Source: Halodesulfurarchaeum sp.
GTDB lineage: Archaea > Halobacteriota > Halobacteria > Halobacteriales > Halobacteriaceae
Assembly: GCA_034520565.1 (NCBI GenBank)
Contig: JAXHNL010000002.1
Span: 704,001-768,000, forward strand
DNA length: 64,000 nucleotides
Direction of reading: 5' to 3'
Every line of letters begins with the position of its first letter. The first letter of the stretch is position 1. The notes below the pieces were generated by a model. It had not been told where the DNA came from, made no database searches, and saw nothing but the letters and a program-made list of their open reading frames with translations. Shown here piece by piece: positions 9,231 through 19,018 of the stretch. Made by a program: the position numbers and the translations under genes.

Positions 9231-9622
9231 GCGGCTCTGGCGGCGAGCTCGGCGTAGTCACTCAGCAGAACCAGCACGAGCAGAAGGACGAGAACCCACG
9301 CCCACCACGGGACGGCCCCCGGCTACCGACCCACCGCCGCCGGAGTCCTCGCCAGCGCCGAACGTGTCGCCGAACCAGTCGAGCGGGCCGGTCGACAGTA
9401 GTCCTCCGGGTCCGTTGACTGGCCGCCGTCGTTCTCTGACGACCCACCGGGGAGGTTCTGGCCGCCGTCCACCGTCGGAGCTCCGACACCGCCCGCGTCA
9501 TCGCCCCAGGTGAACGTATCGGCCCACCAGTCCCACGTCGTGTGGCTCGGCTCTTGAGACCCGCCGCCGGGTATCGGGTTGTCGGGTGTGACCGGAAACC
9601 CGATCGAGGTCTGCCGGGTCAC
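9227..9622 (-). CDS. Putative virion membrane protein with C-terminal TM (frameshifted)
   Basis: ORF 9323..9622 with a hydrophobic tail (VLLLVLVLLSDY) in a shifted frame; GTGA overlap with the upstream gene. Confidence 0.5.
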
Positions 9623-10451
9623 CGGTCAGGCCGCCCTCGAGAACCATCACAGCCACCCTGATTAACCGCCAGCGCCCCGCCGCCGATTACCCCGGCGGCG
9701 ATGAGCCAGACCGTCGGACGAGACAAGTTTCCGGCCCCATCGCCCGGGTTTTCGAGGAAGGTAACGATCTCCTCCCGGGCCTGTTCCACGTCCTCCGTCG
9801 AGGTCGGCAGTTCCTCGGGAACGTTGGGCTCACCATCACCGTCGGTGTCGAACAGGTCGGAGTCGTCGTTTCCGGTAAACCACTCGTCGCCGATGATCGC
9901 CTGATCGCCGTCCTCCGTCTCGACGGTTTCCGAGTCGTCCATGTTGTCGAGCCGAGGGTCGTCGTCCGGCAGGGTCGGCACGCTCTCGGGGTCGCTCCGG
10001 CTCCCTGTCGTCGTCCTCGTCGGTCGGGTCGCTGCGAGTTCGGCGTACTCTGGCGCTCCCAGTCGTCGCCGTCGTCCGAGCCGGTGCTACTCGAGGAGCC
10101 GCCGGAGTCGTCCGGGTCGGTCGTCGTGAGCCCGCCGTCGTCGGAGCTGGTCGAGTCCGTCGAATCGGCGGCGTCCTCGATCGAGTCCTGTATGTTTCCG
10201 AGACCGAAACCCGAGTCCGTGGTGTCGTCGTTCACGTCGTCGGGGTCGTCGTACACGTCGTTGGGCTCCGTCTCCTCCGTCGTCTCGTTATCCGACTCCC
10301 ACGAATCGCTCCCCGGCTCCTGCTCGTCCGGGACGTAATCGCGGGGGTCGTCGTCGTACAGGTCGGCGGTGTCGTCGCTCGTGTCCGTCGTCGTGAGCCC
10401 GAAGTCGTCCGTGTCTGTGCTTCCGCCGCCTCCTGTGGGTGCTATGTACAT
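9619..10451 (-). CDS. Asp/Thr/Ser-rich low-complexity virion protein with C-terminal TM (frameshifted near 10010)
   Basis: ORFs 9687..10451 and 9619..9981 join; ends VWLIAAGVIGGGALAV. Confidence 0.6.
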
Positions 10452-10586
10452 CTATTTGCCTCCGTAGTGGTAGATAAGGGCCGCCAGCCCGGCCAGCGCG
10501 ATCGCGGCCAGCATGTTGTCGTTGAGGGTGATGCTCGGGCCCGGTTCGGGGCTTGAATCGGGGATAGATTCAGCGGGGACGGTCAT
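10452..10586 (-). CDS. 44 aa single-TM protein
   Basis: MTVPAESIPDSSPEPGPSITLNDNMLAAIALAGLAALIYHYGGK; ATGA overlap with the spike stop. Confidence 0.6.
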   Translation of the reverse strand: MTVPAESIPDSSPEPGPSITLNDNMLAAIALAGLAALIYHYGGK

Positions 10587-11489
10587 GGTGTAACGATCAC
10601 TCCACTCGTTCCGTTACCTCCATCTCCGCCGTTTCCGCCGTTATCCGAAGTCCCTCCAACACCCCCGGAACCGCCCGAAACCGAGAGGTTCCCGTTATTC
10701 GTATACATCGAGGCAGAAATTTGAATATATCCGCCGTCGCCGCCGCCACCGCCGCCGCCTGCCCCTGCGGCTGACGAGTTTCCGCCATTCGCTCCGTCTC
10801 CGCCCTCTGCGAGAACGCTCCCATTTATTTCAACAGACGGAGCCGACAGGATAATCAGGCCGCCACCGTGGCCTCCGTTCCCACCGTTAGCCCCGCCGTC
10901 ATATTCGTCCCCTCCCCCTCCACCGCCTGCCGCCGCCACTTCCGGCGTAACGGCCGAGGTTTGCGATAGTCAGAGGGAGGATATTGTCGTCTGTCGAGAT
11001 CTTGCAAAACGTCCAATAGCCACGGGTCCGGCGACACAGACTGCCCATCTGCACCATTACCGCCGCTTCCGCTTGCGTCCGAGTCGCCGCCGCCACCCCC
11101 ACCGGCCGATGTGCCTCCATTGCTACCGTTTCCACCGTCTGTACCTCCGCCTCCGCCACCATTTCCACCGCCACCGATGTACCAGCCAGCCGCACCCTGA
11201 TCTCCGGAGTATCCGTTATCGCAACCAGAACTTGAACAACCACTTCCGCCAGAACCACCGCCAGCGACAGCGGTTGCTTGAGTGTCCCATCGATTTTCGA
11301 TTTTCTCGGAGGCCATGATGATCGTCACATCCGGAGATGAAACGGTAACGCCATCCTCTACCGTGTCGGTCTTGCACCCAACTACCCGTTTTTCCGTGGT
11401 TGAGGATGACCGAAACGGTGTCGGCCTCAGACGGCATCCCGTATTTGACCACATGCGCCGCCACCGCCGCCGCCGATAAGTCCCGCCAT
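10583..11489 (-). CDS. Glycine-rich spike / receptor-binding protein (frameshifted)
   Basis: GGxGGxGG tracts with GGGLIILSA and GGYIQISA beta-strands; joins ORFs 10855..11454 and 10583..10939. Confidence 0.7.
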
Positions 11490-11927
11490 TTAGGCCACCT
11501 ACGTGAGAAACGTGTAATCGTGTCCACGCTGTCCTCCAACTGGACCCGGATTTGTGAGCGGTCGGCCACCTGAGCCGTGTAAGACGACCCGGGGCTCAGT
11601 CGGACGGTTGGAGAGTCCGACAGACCGACCTTTACAGGGGCGTTGTTGTCCGGGTCAGCCTGAACGACGACCGCCACACCGTCCGGCACGGCACCCGCTG
11701 AAAGCGCCTGTACGTTCGTATCGCCGGGGGAAACGGAGTTGTCGTACCCGTTCGAGTAATTGCCTTGGTTGGTCTCGATCGTGCCGGCAGTCGTATCTAT
11801 CGAGTCGAGAATGGACCGGACGAGTTCGAGCCGTTCGTCGCTGGCGGGGTGGGCGAGGTCTTCTCGGAGTCCTCGACCTCATCGACGTCCCGATACTCCC
11901 CACCTCGCCGCGTTGCTCAAGCGGCAT
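11490..11927 (-). CDS. Putative vertex/spike-base beta protein (frameshifted)
   Basis: VPDGVAVVVQADPDNNAPVKVG...TVRLSPGSSYTAQV; lies between the penton-like and spike genes. Confidence 0.5.
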
Positions 11928-11928
11928 T

Positions 11929-12297
11929 TTACTCCTCCCACCCCACGGGCTGGATGTGGTAGATTTCGGAGCCGGTCGCCGACGACAGCCGTTTTACCGT
12001 GACTTCCAGCTTTGTCGTCCACTCCTGCGGCGGCCACCACGTCGTGCTCAGGTCGTCAATATCCGTCGGCGGAATGGCGTGATCGGGGCCGTAGATGATG
12101 CCGCCGTCGGCCTTCACCGTATAAGTCGAATCTCGGTGTTTCGACGCCCCGAGCGTCGGCATGAAGAACGTCGTTCCCGACTGTGAGGGGGTCCACGTCG
12201 CCGTGACCTTCTGGCCCGGCTCCAAGACCGCCGTGTACGGGTCGTTGTAGGGAACGGCCCCCTCGTTTGGGAAGTTCTCATCGGGGTAGACCGTCAC
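11929..12297 (-). CDS. Putative penton (single jelly-roll) protein
   Basis: Intact 122 aa beta-rich ORF downstream of the capsid genes; call is from size, composition and position. Confidence 0.45.
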   Translation of the reverse strand: MTVYPDENFPNEGAVPYNDPYTAVLEPGQKVTATWTPSQSGTTFFMPTLGASKHRDSTYTVKADGGIIYGPDHAIPPTDIDDLSTTWWPPQEWTTKLEVTVKRLSSATGSEIYHIQPVGWEE

Positions 12298-12395
12298 GGG
12301 TCGGCCCTCCCGTCGGCGTCGAACCGGCGGCCCTTGGCCTGTTCCTCCTCGGTCTCGTCCATGTCCTCGATCTCGATCTTTGCTTTCTCGGCCAT
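12294..12395 (-). CDS. 33 aa acidic protein
   Basis: MAEKAKIEIEDMDETEEEQAKGRRFDADGRADP; overlaps both neighbours. Confidence 0.5.
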   Translation of the reverse strand: MAEKAKIEIEDMDETEEEQAKGRRFDADGRADP

Positions 12396-12646
12396 CACTC
12401 GCTTACCTCCACGTACAGCAGTAGCGCGAACATTGCCACGTTGAGACCCGCCGAAATGACCAGTACATCCTCCCGAGTCCAGCCGGTATTAGCGAAAAAT
12501 GAATCGAGGTGGCTCAAATCGGCCAACTCACCGGAGACTTGGGTAGGGGTGTTATCGGGCCCGGATACCGTCGAATCCGTGGCCCCTTCGGTCATTGCGG
12601 CGGAAGTCAGCCCGTACCCCACGGCGGGGCTGGCTCCGCCTTCCAT
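12395..12646 (-). CDS. Small virion protein with C-terminal TM
   Basis: 83 aa, ends VLVISAGLNVAMFALLLYVEV. Confidence 0.6.
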   Translation of the reverse strand: MEGGASPAVGYGLTSAAMTEGATDSTVSGPDNTPTQVSGELADLSHLDSFFANTGWTREDVLVISAGLNVAMFALLLYVEVSE

Positions 12647-12649
12647 GCG

Positions 12650-13374
12650 TTACTGCCGTCCTGCGATCGACCCGATGAAACCACCGAGTCCCTGAATTTC
12701 GTCCCTCGCCCGATAGATGGGGAGGGAGGCGGGCGTTCGCCGGGGTGGCCGAACCACCTTCCTCGGACCAGCGAGACCGCATAGGGTGCGTTCATGCGGA
12801 TTTCGAGGTCCCAGTCGGTCGGTACGACGCCCTGATACGGGTGCCGGAAATCGAACTCCAGCGGGTTCTTGTGCTGGTCGCGGAGGTTCTTGAGCCCCAT
12901 GTCGTCCTCGTCCAGCGGCTCGGGACGTTCCGGGGCGAGACCTTCCGAATGACGAGGGTGGCCTGATCCTGCACCATATACCAAGCGTGGAGCGTGGTAT
13001 CGGTGCCGGTACTGGTGAAATCGAACTCGTTGGCGTCGTAGTCCACCGAGTCCGGCGAGACCCGAGTCCCGCCCTCGAACAGCACGAGGTCGTCGGCCAC
13101 CGTGTCGGAGTTCACGAGATCGTGGAGAGGCTGAACGTCTCCGTGTTGTCAGCGGTGCCGTCGGTCGTGAAACTTTCGTAGGCCGGAATATCGGCGTCGT
13201 AGGGGACGCCTTCACGACGATCGGGCGCTCGGCCTTGATCGAGGCGACGACCGACTCCTCGTCCACCGTGTTGGCTGCCGGTCCATGTCCCGACCGGAGA
13301 CGCGATCGGGCGACCGGCACGTTGGCGAGTGCCTGCCGGATGCGTTCGGCTTCCGATTTGCCCTTTCCCGGCAT
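12650..13374 (-). CDS. Large major capsid protein (SH1/HCIV-1 VP4-like), frameshifted
   Basis: Reconstructed segments ESFTTDGTADNTETFSL, VSPDSVDYDANEFDF, LHAWYMVQDQATLVIRK and WDLEIRMNAPYAVS are colinear with my recollection of VP4-type MCPs; about 240 aa; directly follows the small MCP. Confidence 0.75.
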
Positions 13375-13377
13375 GAT

Positions 13378-13881
13378 TCACACCACCCGGACGGCGTTGC
13401 GGTTGATGAGAAAGCCGACTGCGACCATCGATCTGGTCCACCGACAGGATGGAAACGTGCAGGTCGTCGATGTCCCGGACGGTGAGCTGGGGCATCTTCC
13501 CTCTGCGAGTGCCTGATCGGTGTTCTTGAGCTGCACCTTTGTCCGGTCGATGTACTCCTCGTCCTGCTGCTCGTTCAGGCTGAGAGCGTTGAACGGCCGG
13601 ATATGGTCCAGTTTGAAGGTGACGACCTGCGGCTGATCCATCCCGGGAGCTTCGTACTGGAAGGCCAGCACGGTGTCATCCGGGAGGGTCTGGCCGTCGG
13701 CCCGCCGGAGATCGGCGGCGATCGGGAAGCCACGGGCCGACCCCGAAGAGACCATTCCGAGATGACGAGCGCGAGCCCGTCCATCGGGGAGAACGTCAGG
13801 ATCGGCGACAGGACGCCCGTGGTGTTCGTTCTCGGTCGCTTCGACTTCGGTGCTCGTCTTGTTGCTGAGCTGCTTCGTCAT
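13378..13881 (-). CDS. Small major capsid protein (P23-77 VP16 / SH1 VP7-like), frameshifted
   Basis: FPIAADLRRADGQTLPDDTVLAFQYEAPGMDQPQVV...FNALSLNEQQDEEY matches the recalled VP16 pattern (P..L.D.NG..LP..T...YY.LSE.QQ.D..F); about 167 aa. Confidence 0.8.
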   Translation of the reverse strand: MTKQLSNKTSTEVEATENEHHGRPVADPDVLPDGRARARHLGMVSSGSARGFPIAADLRRADGQTLPDDTVLAFQYEAPGMDQPQVVTFKLDHIRPFNALSLNEQQDEEYIDRTKVQLKNTDQALAEGRCPSSPSGTSTTCTFPSCRWTRSMVAVGFLINRNAVRVV

Positions 13882-13883
13882 CA

Positions 13884-14171
13884 GTTACCCGCCCCAGGTC
13901 CGTGATCGTGCTTGACACCGACGCGCTCGGCGAGCTTGTCAGCGGTGTAGAGCCCGCCGCGCATCTGGATTTCCCGCGTGTAGGCCGGCGAGTCAGGTGG
14001 CCCCGATCATGACGAGAAGGCCGTGATCTCTTCGGGGAGGTCGAAAGGCGAGTTCGGTTCGATGATGTTCTTTGCGACGGTCCCGGCCAGGAAGGCCGCG
14101 AAGACCGCGACGATCTGCATCCACTCCTCGGTGTCGAGGAGGGCTTCGAATTGCGACTGTAGTTCTGGCAT
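13884..14171 (-). CDS. Internal-membrane protein (VP12-like position), frameshifted
   Basis: ATG 14171: MPELQSQFEALLDTEEWMQIVAVFAAFLAGTVAKNIIEP...GLLVMIGA; two TMs immediately upstream of the small MCP. Confidence 0.6.
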
Positions 14172-14327
14172 GCTACACTCGACACCTTCGAGAGTGGCTG
14201 TAAAGGGCGAGCAGGCGAGGAAGGGAGCTATTCGGCGCGAATGGTGAAGTTTACTCCCGAGGTCTAATAATTGATTTTGGGCCGTTTCCAGCCCTAGCTT
14301 TTTCCTTGTAGGATTTGATCGGTGACT

Positions 14328-14779
14328 ATGACGTCCGCTTCAGACATTGAGCAAACCCTTCTCAGTTCAAATCCATCAGATTGGATATGAATGAGGTCGA
14401 GTGGGGCTTAGCAAATGAAATCGACGAGATGGGTCCCACCCGAGTTGTAGCAGTTTATGAACAAGATGTTCAACTTCGTGTTGAACAAGGAAAGGTGGCT
14501 GTCCAGAACTTCCAAGAAGAATGGAGTGATCGGTACCCAGATAATGAGAATAACACGAGCTTTAGCTTCTGGGTCATTTATGATAGATCTCCAATTGATC
14601 ATCAAGTCATTGCTATCAGTCGATGGCGGTAGAGCATGGATTCCAGTCCCTGACCGCCCTGAATCTCTGACGAACCGTGGACGATTTCCCCGTACAAAAA
14701 CGCAATCGGAGGTGCGGTAAATAGGGACTATTCCTCTTATCAAGATCACCTTAGGAGGGCCGGTATTGAGGTGAGGTAA
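14328..14779 (+). CDS. Lower-GC cargo hypothetical protein, opposite strand to the virion operon (frameshifted)
   Basis: Joins ORFs 14381..14632 and 14457..14720: FQEEWSDRYPD...SVDGGRAWIPVP...HLRRAGIEVR. Confidence 0.55.
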
Positions 14780-14808
14780 CGAAGAATTTCCTTCAATTCA
14801 TCATAACC

Positions 14809-14943
14809 TCAGTCGTGTTCTCGGAGGAGCTCATCGATTACCTTCGGATTTGAAGGTTCGTACCCAAGCTCTTTCGCCAAATCTGCCTTTATCTCTTGAA
14901 ATCGGCTCGCCTGATCGCCGTATAACTTGATATGTTCGACCAT
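14809..14943 (-). CDS. 44 aa putative DNA-binding protein
   Basis: MVEHIKLYGDQASRFQEIKADLAKELGYEPSNPKVIDELLREHD; TAATG overlap with the ATPase stop. Confidence 0.55.
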   Translation of the reverse strand: MVEHIKLYGDQASRFQEIKADLAKELGYEPSNPKVIDELLREHD

Positions 14944-15717
14944 TAGAATGGCTGCGCAAGTTCGTGATCTGATCCACCGAAATGGGGGCTCTGCATGTCG
15001 ATATTGGCCGAATTCTTCCGTACCATCGTCCCCGAATCGTCCGAATAGATCCACTCGGACATGACGACCTGGCCGTTTTCCTCCCGCTTCCGGAGCGGTA
15101 CCGGCCCATCCTCGGAGTGATGCACCGACTCGGGAAGGTCGTAGATCGGGCCGTCGGCCAGGGGTTGTGCACCTCTTCATTGTACTCGGTCCCAAGCCGA
15201 TTTCGATCGCTTCGGTCCTTGAACCCACCGTAGAGGGAGGCGTTCGTCTGCGAGATGACCGTGTTGTGCAGCTCCTGGAAGCCGCTGGGTGATCCAGATC
15301 GAGGAGACGCCACCCCGGCCGGTCGTCGCGAGCAGCTTGATCGCCTCGAGGAGCTTGGACTGTTGATCGGCCACGGAGTGCGCCTCGTCGACGACCACGA
15401 GCCCCTGGCCGTCAAGCAGCCGCATTGCCGCTGCGACGTCCTGCGGCGACCTGCCGCCAGGCGCTGGTCGAGCAGCTCGGGCAGGTGCGGACTGTCCCGT
15501 TCTGTCGAAAGACCTCAGCCCAGGCCTCGGGTGAGGAGCTGTGCCTCCCGGTCGCCTACGGCCACATCGGACGCCAGCCCGCTCTTTACCAGCCCCGAAA
15601 CTCGTCGTTGTAGTCGAGGATCGCGGCGTACTCGACGTCATCGAGGTTGTCTTCGACGGTGGCCTGCCCGACGTCGGATTTGCCCCATCCGCTTTGGGCG
15701 GCGATGAGCTGGCGCAT
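14943..15717 (-). CDS. FtsK-HerA superfamily genome-packaging ATPase (frameshifted)
   Basis: Walker A AQSGWGKS at the N-terminus, ILDYNDEF, Walker B LVVVDEAH, ATTGRG arginine finger, WITQR motif; about 260 aa. Confidence 0.88.
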
Positions 15718-15718
15718 G

Positions 15719-16287
15719 CTACTCGGCGAGTTCTTCGAGGGCGTCCTCGGCCGCCTGAAAGTTCGCCTCGAACACCTTGCACTGGATGGCCGTGGCACCG
15801 ACCCAAGCGACGACCTCGGCGACGAAGGTCCGAAGGTCGACGTCGAACTGCTGCCGGAACGCTGGACGGCGATCTCCGCGTCGGTCATCCCCTCGACCTG
15901 CTCGGGGACCCTGTTCGCGGTACATCTGCCGGCAGTCCCTGATCCGCTGCTCGATCTTCGCCGTCCATTTGCAGGTACTCGACCAGCCGGTCGGGCCCGT
16001 CGACGTGCCCGCCGATTACCGTTGCGGCCCACCGCTCGGCCAGCTGCATTTCTGCGGCGGCTTCGATGAACCCGAGGAGCATGTCCTGGCGGGCGTCGAC
16101 TGGCACCGGGTCGAGATCGACGTCCTGGTCGTGAGCGTCGGCGACCTGATTCACCCGCTCGATCAGCGCGGCCTCGTGCTCGGCGAAAATCCGGGATGGC
16201 CCGTGTCGCGCCCATCTCCGCGATATCGATGGACTGGATGGCCTGCTTGATTGCCTGCTCTTTTGCCGTATTGAAGGGGTTACGCAT
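15719..16287 (-). CDS. Hypothetical viral protein (frameshifted)
   Basis: Starts MRNPFNTAKEQ, ends ANFQAAEDALEELAE; abuts the ATPase. Confidence 0.5.
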
Positions 16288-16792
16288 CGGATCGCACCCC
16301 CGGCAACGTCGGCGGCCACTCGATCGAGGAAGTCGGTCTCGTCACCGATACAGTCCCGGCGATGATAAGGGGAGCCAAATAGGACCTGCTGGCCGGGGTC
16401 CATCTCGCCCATGTCTCGCTCGGCAGCCCACTCGTCGACTGCCTCGTCGAGCCCAAGATCGTGAGCCATCGCCTGGGGATTGGTCCCCTCCATATCCCCG
16501 CCTTGGCGCTTGACGACCGTTGAGAGGAGGTATCCAGCGTCCGGACGTACATCTCACCCCACCCCACGCCGCCCGCTCGGCTGGTCGACTGTGACAGCTC
16601 CTCGGTGGTCTGCTCTTCTTCTCCGTCGGATTCTTCGTCCTCTTCTTCGGCACCGGCCCCGGCCGCCTCCTCGATCTCGTCGGCGACGGCTGAAAGGTCG
16701 GCCATCTCGTCGCCCTCGATCTCGGGAACGTCTTCGTCGACGGTCTCGGGCTCCGGCTGCTCGACGTCGACGTCTTCCTCGGCGGTGCTCAT
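16280..16792 (-). CDS. Acidic protein with C-terminal hydrophobic segment (frameshifted)
   Basis: MSTAEEDVDV...WGEMYVRTL...GLDEAVDEW...QQVLFGSLIIAG. Confidence 0.5.
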   Translation of the reverse strand: MSTAEEDVDVEQPEPETVDEDVPEIEGDEMADLSAVADEIEEAAGAGAEEEDEESDGEEEQTTEELSQSTSRAGGVGWGEMYVRTLDTSSQRSSSAKAGIWRGPIPRRWLTILGSTRQSTSGLPSETWARWTPASRSYLAPLIIAGTVSVTRPTSSIEWPPTLPGVRSDA

Positions 16793-17537
16793 GCCCCAGG
16801 CCGGCTCCATCCTCGGGGAGTTGGCCTCTTGGTCGATGTCTTCGTCGGTCACCATCTCGGTATGGTCGGGATCCTGAGAGGATCGCTCTCCCCGTCGCCC
16901 ATGTAGCGATCGAGAAGGACCAAGATCACGACCAGACCGGCCAAGAGCGAGGGTCGTCTTGTCGACCGAGGGAACGAGCGCCCCGACCGCCCCGGAAAGG
17001 GCCCCTTCAGGGCCCTCGGTGAGCCCCTTCGAAGCGCCTTTCGAAGGGCTGCCGTCCCTGGCTTTGCCTCCCTCGTCGTCGGTCTCCTCGTCGGAGGGGC
17101 CGCTACCGCCCTGACTACCGCCCTGATACTGTGCTCGTTGGCGCTCGATCTCGTCCTCGGTTGGCATGTCGTCGTTTTCAGGGGCCCCTTGCAGGTCCCT
17201 CGTCGGGGCCCTCGTCTTCCCCTTCGAGGTCCCTGCCGTCCCCGGCTTCGGCCCCTTCGTTTTCGGTCTCCTGGTCGGTCGATTCTTCCGAGGGGGCGCT
17301 ACCGCCCTTCTCGGGGGCCCTTGCAGGGCCCTCTTCGGGGCCCTCGGGGGCGCTCTTCGAGGACGCGCCGTCCCCGGCTTTGGGGCCTCGTCCCCTCGGT
17401 CTGTTGCCTCTTCATCGAGACGGGCCCGGATAGCGGCCCAAGGGGTGGTCGTTGCTGGCGTTGACGTGCCCCTGAAGATTGCTTATCGCGGGGAAGTCGC
17501 GGCCGCATTCGGGGCACTTGATGGGTGTCTCAGTCAT
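16789..17537 (-). CDS. C2H2 zinc-finger protein with acidic EGP repeats and a TM segment (frameshifted, ends approximate)
   Basis: MTETPIKCPECGRDFPAISNLQGHVNASNDH; GGGCCC-rich repeats at 17000-17400; hydrophobic stretch near 16920. Confidence 0.5.
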
Positions 17538-17559
17538 TCGATAACTGCGTGCATTGGAT

Positions 17560-17748
17560 TCAATTGAGAAGCCGTCCGAGATAGGCAGCGGCAAGCACCC
17601 GGATTATTTCGCCGTCTGGGGGTTCATCGCCCCAGAGTCGAACGTCCTCCTCGATGCGATCGAGGTCATCGTGGATCTGCTCTTTCGCCGCTTCGAAGGT
17701 TTCCGCCTGATCTTGGTTTGAGAATGCGATCTGCTTCGTTGGACTCAT
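17560..17748 (-). CDS. Small hypothetical protein
   Basis: Intact 62 aa ORF with ATGA overlap. Confidence 0.6.
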   Translation of the reverse strand: MSPTKQIAFSNQDQAETFEAAKEQIHDDLDRIEEDVRLWGDEPPDGEIIRVLAAAYLGRLLN

Positions 17749-18509
17749 CCGGGAGGTCCTCTTTCGTGATTGATTCGCCCCGAGTTCGTCGAACGTGAGG
17801 GTACCTGGCCGTACTGATCGCTGATATCGTTAATCGCCGCAGCGGCTCGTTTGGCCTCGCCCAGGCCGGCTTTGAACTGCGTCCATTGGCTGCTCAGGCC
17901 CTGGTACGGCCCGGAAGCCCACCCGTAGAGGGGTCGGCCTCTTCGTCGTCGAGAATGTTCTCGACCTGTTCCTCGGAAAACCCGCAGGACTCGCTCAGGA
18001 ACTCGCAGGCGTCGGGATCGCCGTGACGGCAGTAGCCTTCGGCGTGGTTGCACTCCTCGGCTTCCGCCGTTCGTGCAGCTCGACCGGCTCGTTCGACCCC
18101 GCTCTCTTCGCTATCGAGTTGCTTTCCGCCGATCGGGTAGCTCGTTCGTCGAAGATCGAGCGGTGTTCGTCGACTTCGAGAGTGGGGTCGAAGTACGACA
18201 GCCAGTCGTAACCCCCTTATCCAGAGCAATCCCCTTCACCGCCTGAGCTTTCGGCACGTTGACGCCGTCTTTCGAAAAGTCCAGCCGGTCGCGCTCCCCG
18301 TCGTCGAGGGGCACCTGACCGGACTTTTCCCCCTCTTCGGCGACCTCATCGAAGGCCGCACGTTCGGCCTCTTCGATCACCCGATTGGGGCCATCGCCCC
18401 GGAATTGGACAGTCTTGAGCCGGGCGTCGTCGTCCGGACAGATCGCGTCGGGATGCTCCTCGCGGAAGTGGTCGGCGGTGGCCTTGTGCTCGAATTCGAC
18501 AGCAGTCAC
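17745..18509 (-). CDS. Conserved-looking viral protein with a Cys cluster (frameshifted)
   Basis: Joins ORFs 18111..18509, 17894..18229 and 17745..18053: GQVPLDDGERDRLDF...DWLSYFDPTLEVDEH...CNHAEGYCRHGDPDACEFL. Confidence 0.55.
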
Positions 18510-18599
18510 AGCCCTTCCCCCGCTCCAATTATGTGCAATTCCTTGGAGATGTGGTGATAGTGGCCCGGACAGTCGGGAACCGGGCAGGCAACAGGCGGA

Positions 18600-18822
18600 T
18601 TACTCGTCGCTCCCATCGGTCTCCTCGACCCACTTGAATTGGCTTTCGTCGGGGTTCTCCTCGGTCGCCGTTCGATGGCTGCGGATCTCTTCGTAAGCGG
18701 CCCACGCGCCGGTTTTGGCGTCGCAGGCCCGTCGCCAGGACCCAATAGGCGACCGCGAAAGCGGCCACGGCGAACACCAAAATCAGCTCACTTTCTCGAA
18801 AATCGAGGCTGTATGTCACCAT
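18600..18822 (-). CDS. First gene of the leftward virion operon, small TM protein (frameshifted)
   Basis: MVTYSLDFRESELILVFAVAAFAVAYWVLA; followed by a tiny CPxxxCxxH ORF ending at 18506. Confidence 0.5.
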
Positions 18823-18842
18823 ACAGTCGGGTGTTTCGACTA

Positions 18843-18862
18843 GATTTGTATAACTTTGTTGT
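18843..18862 (-). promoter_or_regulatory. Putative BRE/TATA promoter of the virion operon
   Basis: Minus-strand AACAAAG-TTATACAA about 25-30 nt upstream of ATG 18822 (leaderless spacing). Confidence 0.5.
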
Positions 18863-19018
18863 AATTAATAGATAAGTTATTAACCACGTTTTGACATGGG
18901 AAACGGACCTAGGTCGCAAAAGTTTAGACGCCCTTCTATCCAATACTGGGCAGTAGAAGGGCCGAAAAGGGGAGATTAGAAAAACCATCCCAATGCTTTT
19001 GCGTTAGGGTAGTGAAGG

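Noticed and set aside
5702-11489. Invertase/shufflon acting on the Gly-rich spike
   Set aside because: No oppositely oriented alternative spike segments or repeated crossover sites found.
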